Below the pieces are notes generated by a model. It was not told the origin of the DNA, did not search any database, and saw nothing but the letters and a program-made list of their open reading frames with translations. The position numbers and the translations under genes are program-made. A stretch of 64,000 nt of DNA from Amphiscolops sp. MND2022 (taxonomy: Eukaryota), in the NCBI GenBank assembly GCA_964187785.1, contig OZ076409.1, positions 84,880,001 through 84,944,000 of the forward strand, read 5' to 3'. This document shows positions 63,134 through 64,000 of this stretch, one piece after another (position 1 is the first letter of the stretch; the number at the start of each line of letters is the position of its first letter).

Positions 63134-63448
63134 TGTCGCAGGCCGCCGCCTGTGACGGCACAAGAATCACAACGAGAAGCCCATTGGACAAGAAGATGAA
63201 TAGTGTTAGTGTTCAGATTCAAAGGGCAATTAGTGTGCCATTAGTAGTCAGATACCAGATATTGCCCCAAATCCAAAATGCCATCATGGTCAGATCGGGA
63301 CATGTGACACAGAAAGGATGGAACGTTCCTGCTGAGAGACCGGAAACAAATGGCGAAGTTCTGCGAAATGAAAAGGCCAGAAATAACTCGAAAAGTGAGC
63401 GAGTCCAAAACAGTCTCACTGACGAAACCACAAACCAAGCTAACGACA
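63134..63448 (+). mobile_element. Internally deleted solo LTR of the G2 family (315 bp)
   Basis: Starts TGTCGCAGGCCGCCGCCTGTGACGGC and ends AACGACA. TSD TTAAG/TCAAG. Retains the SVSVQIQRAI..GHVTQKGWNVP coding segment. Confidence 0.9.
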
Positions 63449-64000
63449 TCAAGAGTTTTATATTTACGAATGAGGCCTAAAAGAAATGAATGAATTGGTA
63501 GCTGATACCATGATTATTGCAATGAGATACAACTATACTAGTGAGTGACCGAAAAAAAACGGCACGCATAACTAAACAAAGATCAAGATGCGTCTCGAAA
63601 TGAAATGAGTTTTGTTACTGACATCGCATAATGGGTGAATTCGTCATAGCAGTCGTGGGGACAGTGGCCATAAAATGAATGGTCAGGAAATGCCCGGAAA
63701 CACTGACTAAGATTAGTAAAAGGTTGAGACCAGTAAAATACCTGATATTATATAAAATATATTTATTATATAAGAATAATCAGAAAAGAGGAGGGGTAAC
63801 AAAGAGGGGACAGTTTCAAAACATATTTACCTGAGGAATTGGTCTCCTCTTTCTCTTTTCTTTTCTTGAGTTTCGTTTCTATATCTTGCAAAAACGCAAA
63901 GATTAATTTTTGAATAATTCCATTCAGGAGAACTTGCTATGAGCAATACGAATTAAGCAACAATCAAAACTATTCAAAAGATTTCACGTCGAAATTCGTC

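Overview
AT-rich eukaryotic (invertebrate-like, species not identified) repeat-dense DNA with no prokaryotic genes, rRNA or CRISPR. It is almost entirely a nest of decayed transposable elements. In order: a ~1.34-kb tandem array (1-4320); a divergent histone H2A-like ORF (6943); a Tc1 element with IR/DR ends (9092-10693); giant Gypsy element G1 (10926-29295, +); a BEL/Pao element (29301-54136, +) whose LTRs contain a tRNA-like gene and whose 5' LTR is split by giant Gypsy element G2 (29508-45827, -); two CACTA-like MITEs; a duplicated candidate host exon; a young non-coding LTR element flanked by a 43-bp target duplication (56855-62314); and a deleted G2-type solo LTR. The most interesting observation is the architecture shared by the two divergent Gypsy elements. 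(i) The gag frame starts ~190 codons inside the LTR and runs through the PBS. (ii) Downstream of pol lies an antisense, intron-containing gene for a zinc-finger protein that appears derived from a catalytically dead hAT transposase, with two introns at equivalent positions in both elements. (iii) A divergently oriented sense ORF encodes an acidic protein with a SUMO-interacting-like motif. (iv) Family-specific DNA motifs recur in the LTR and in the internal promoter region. All alignments and coordinates were read by eye and no database searches were run.
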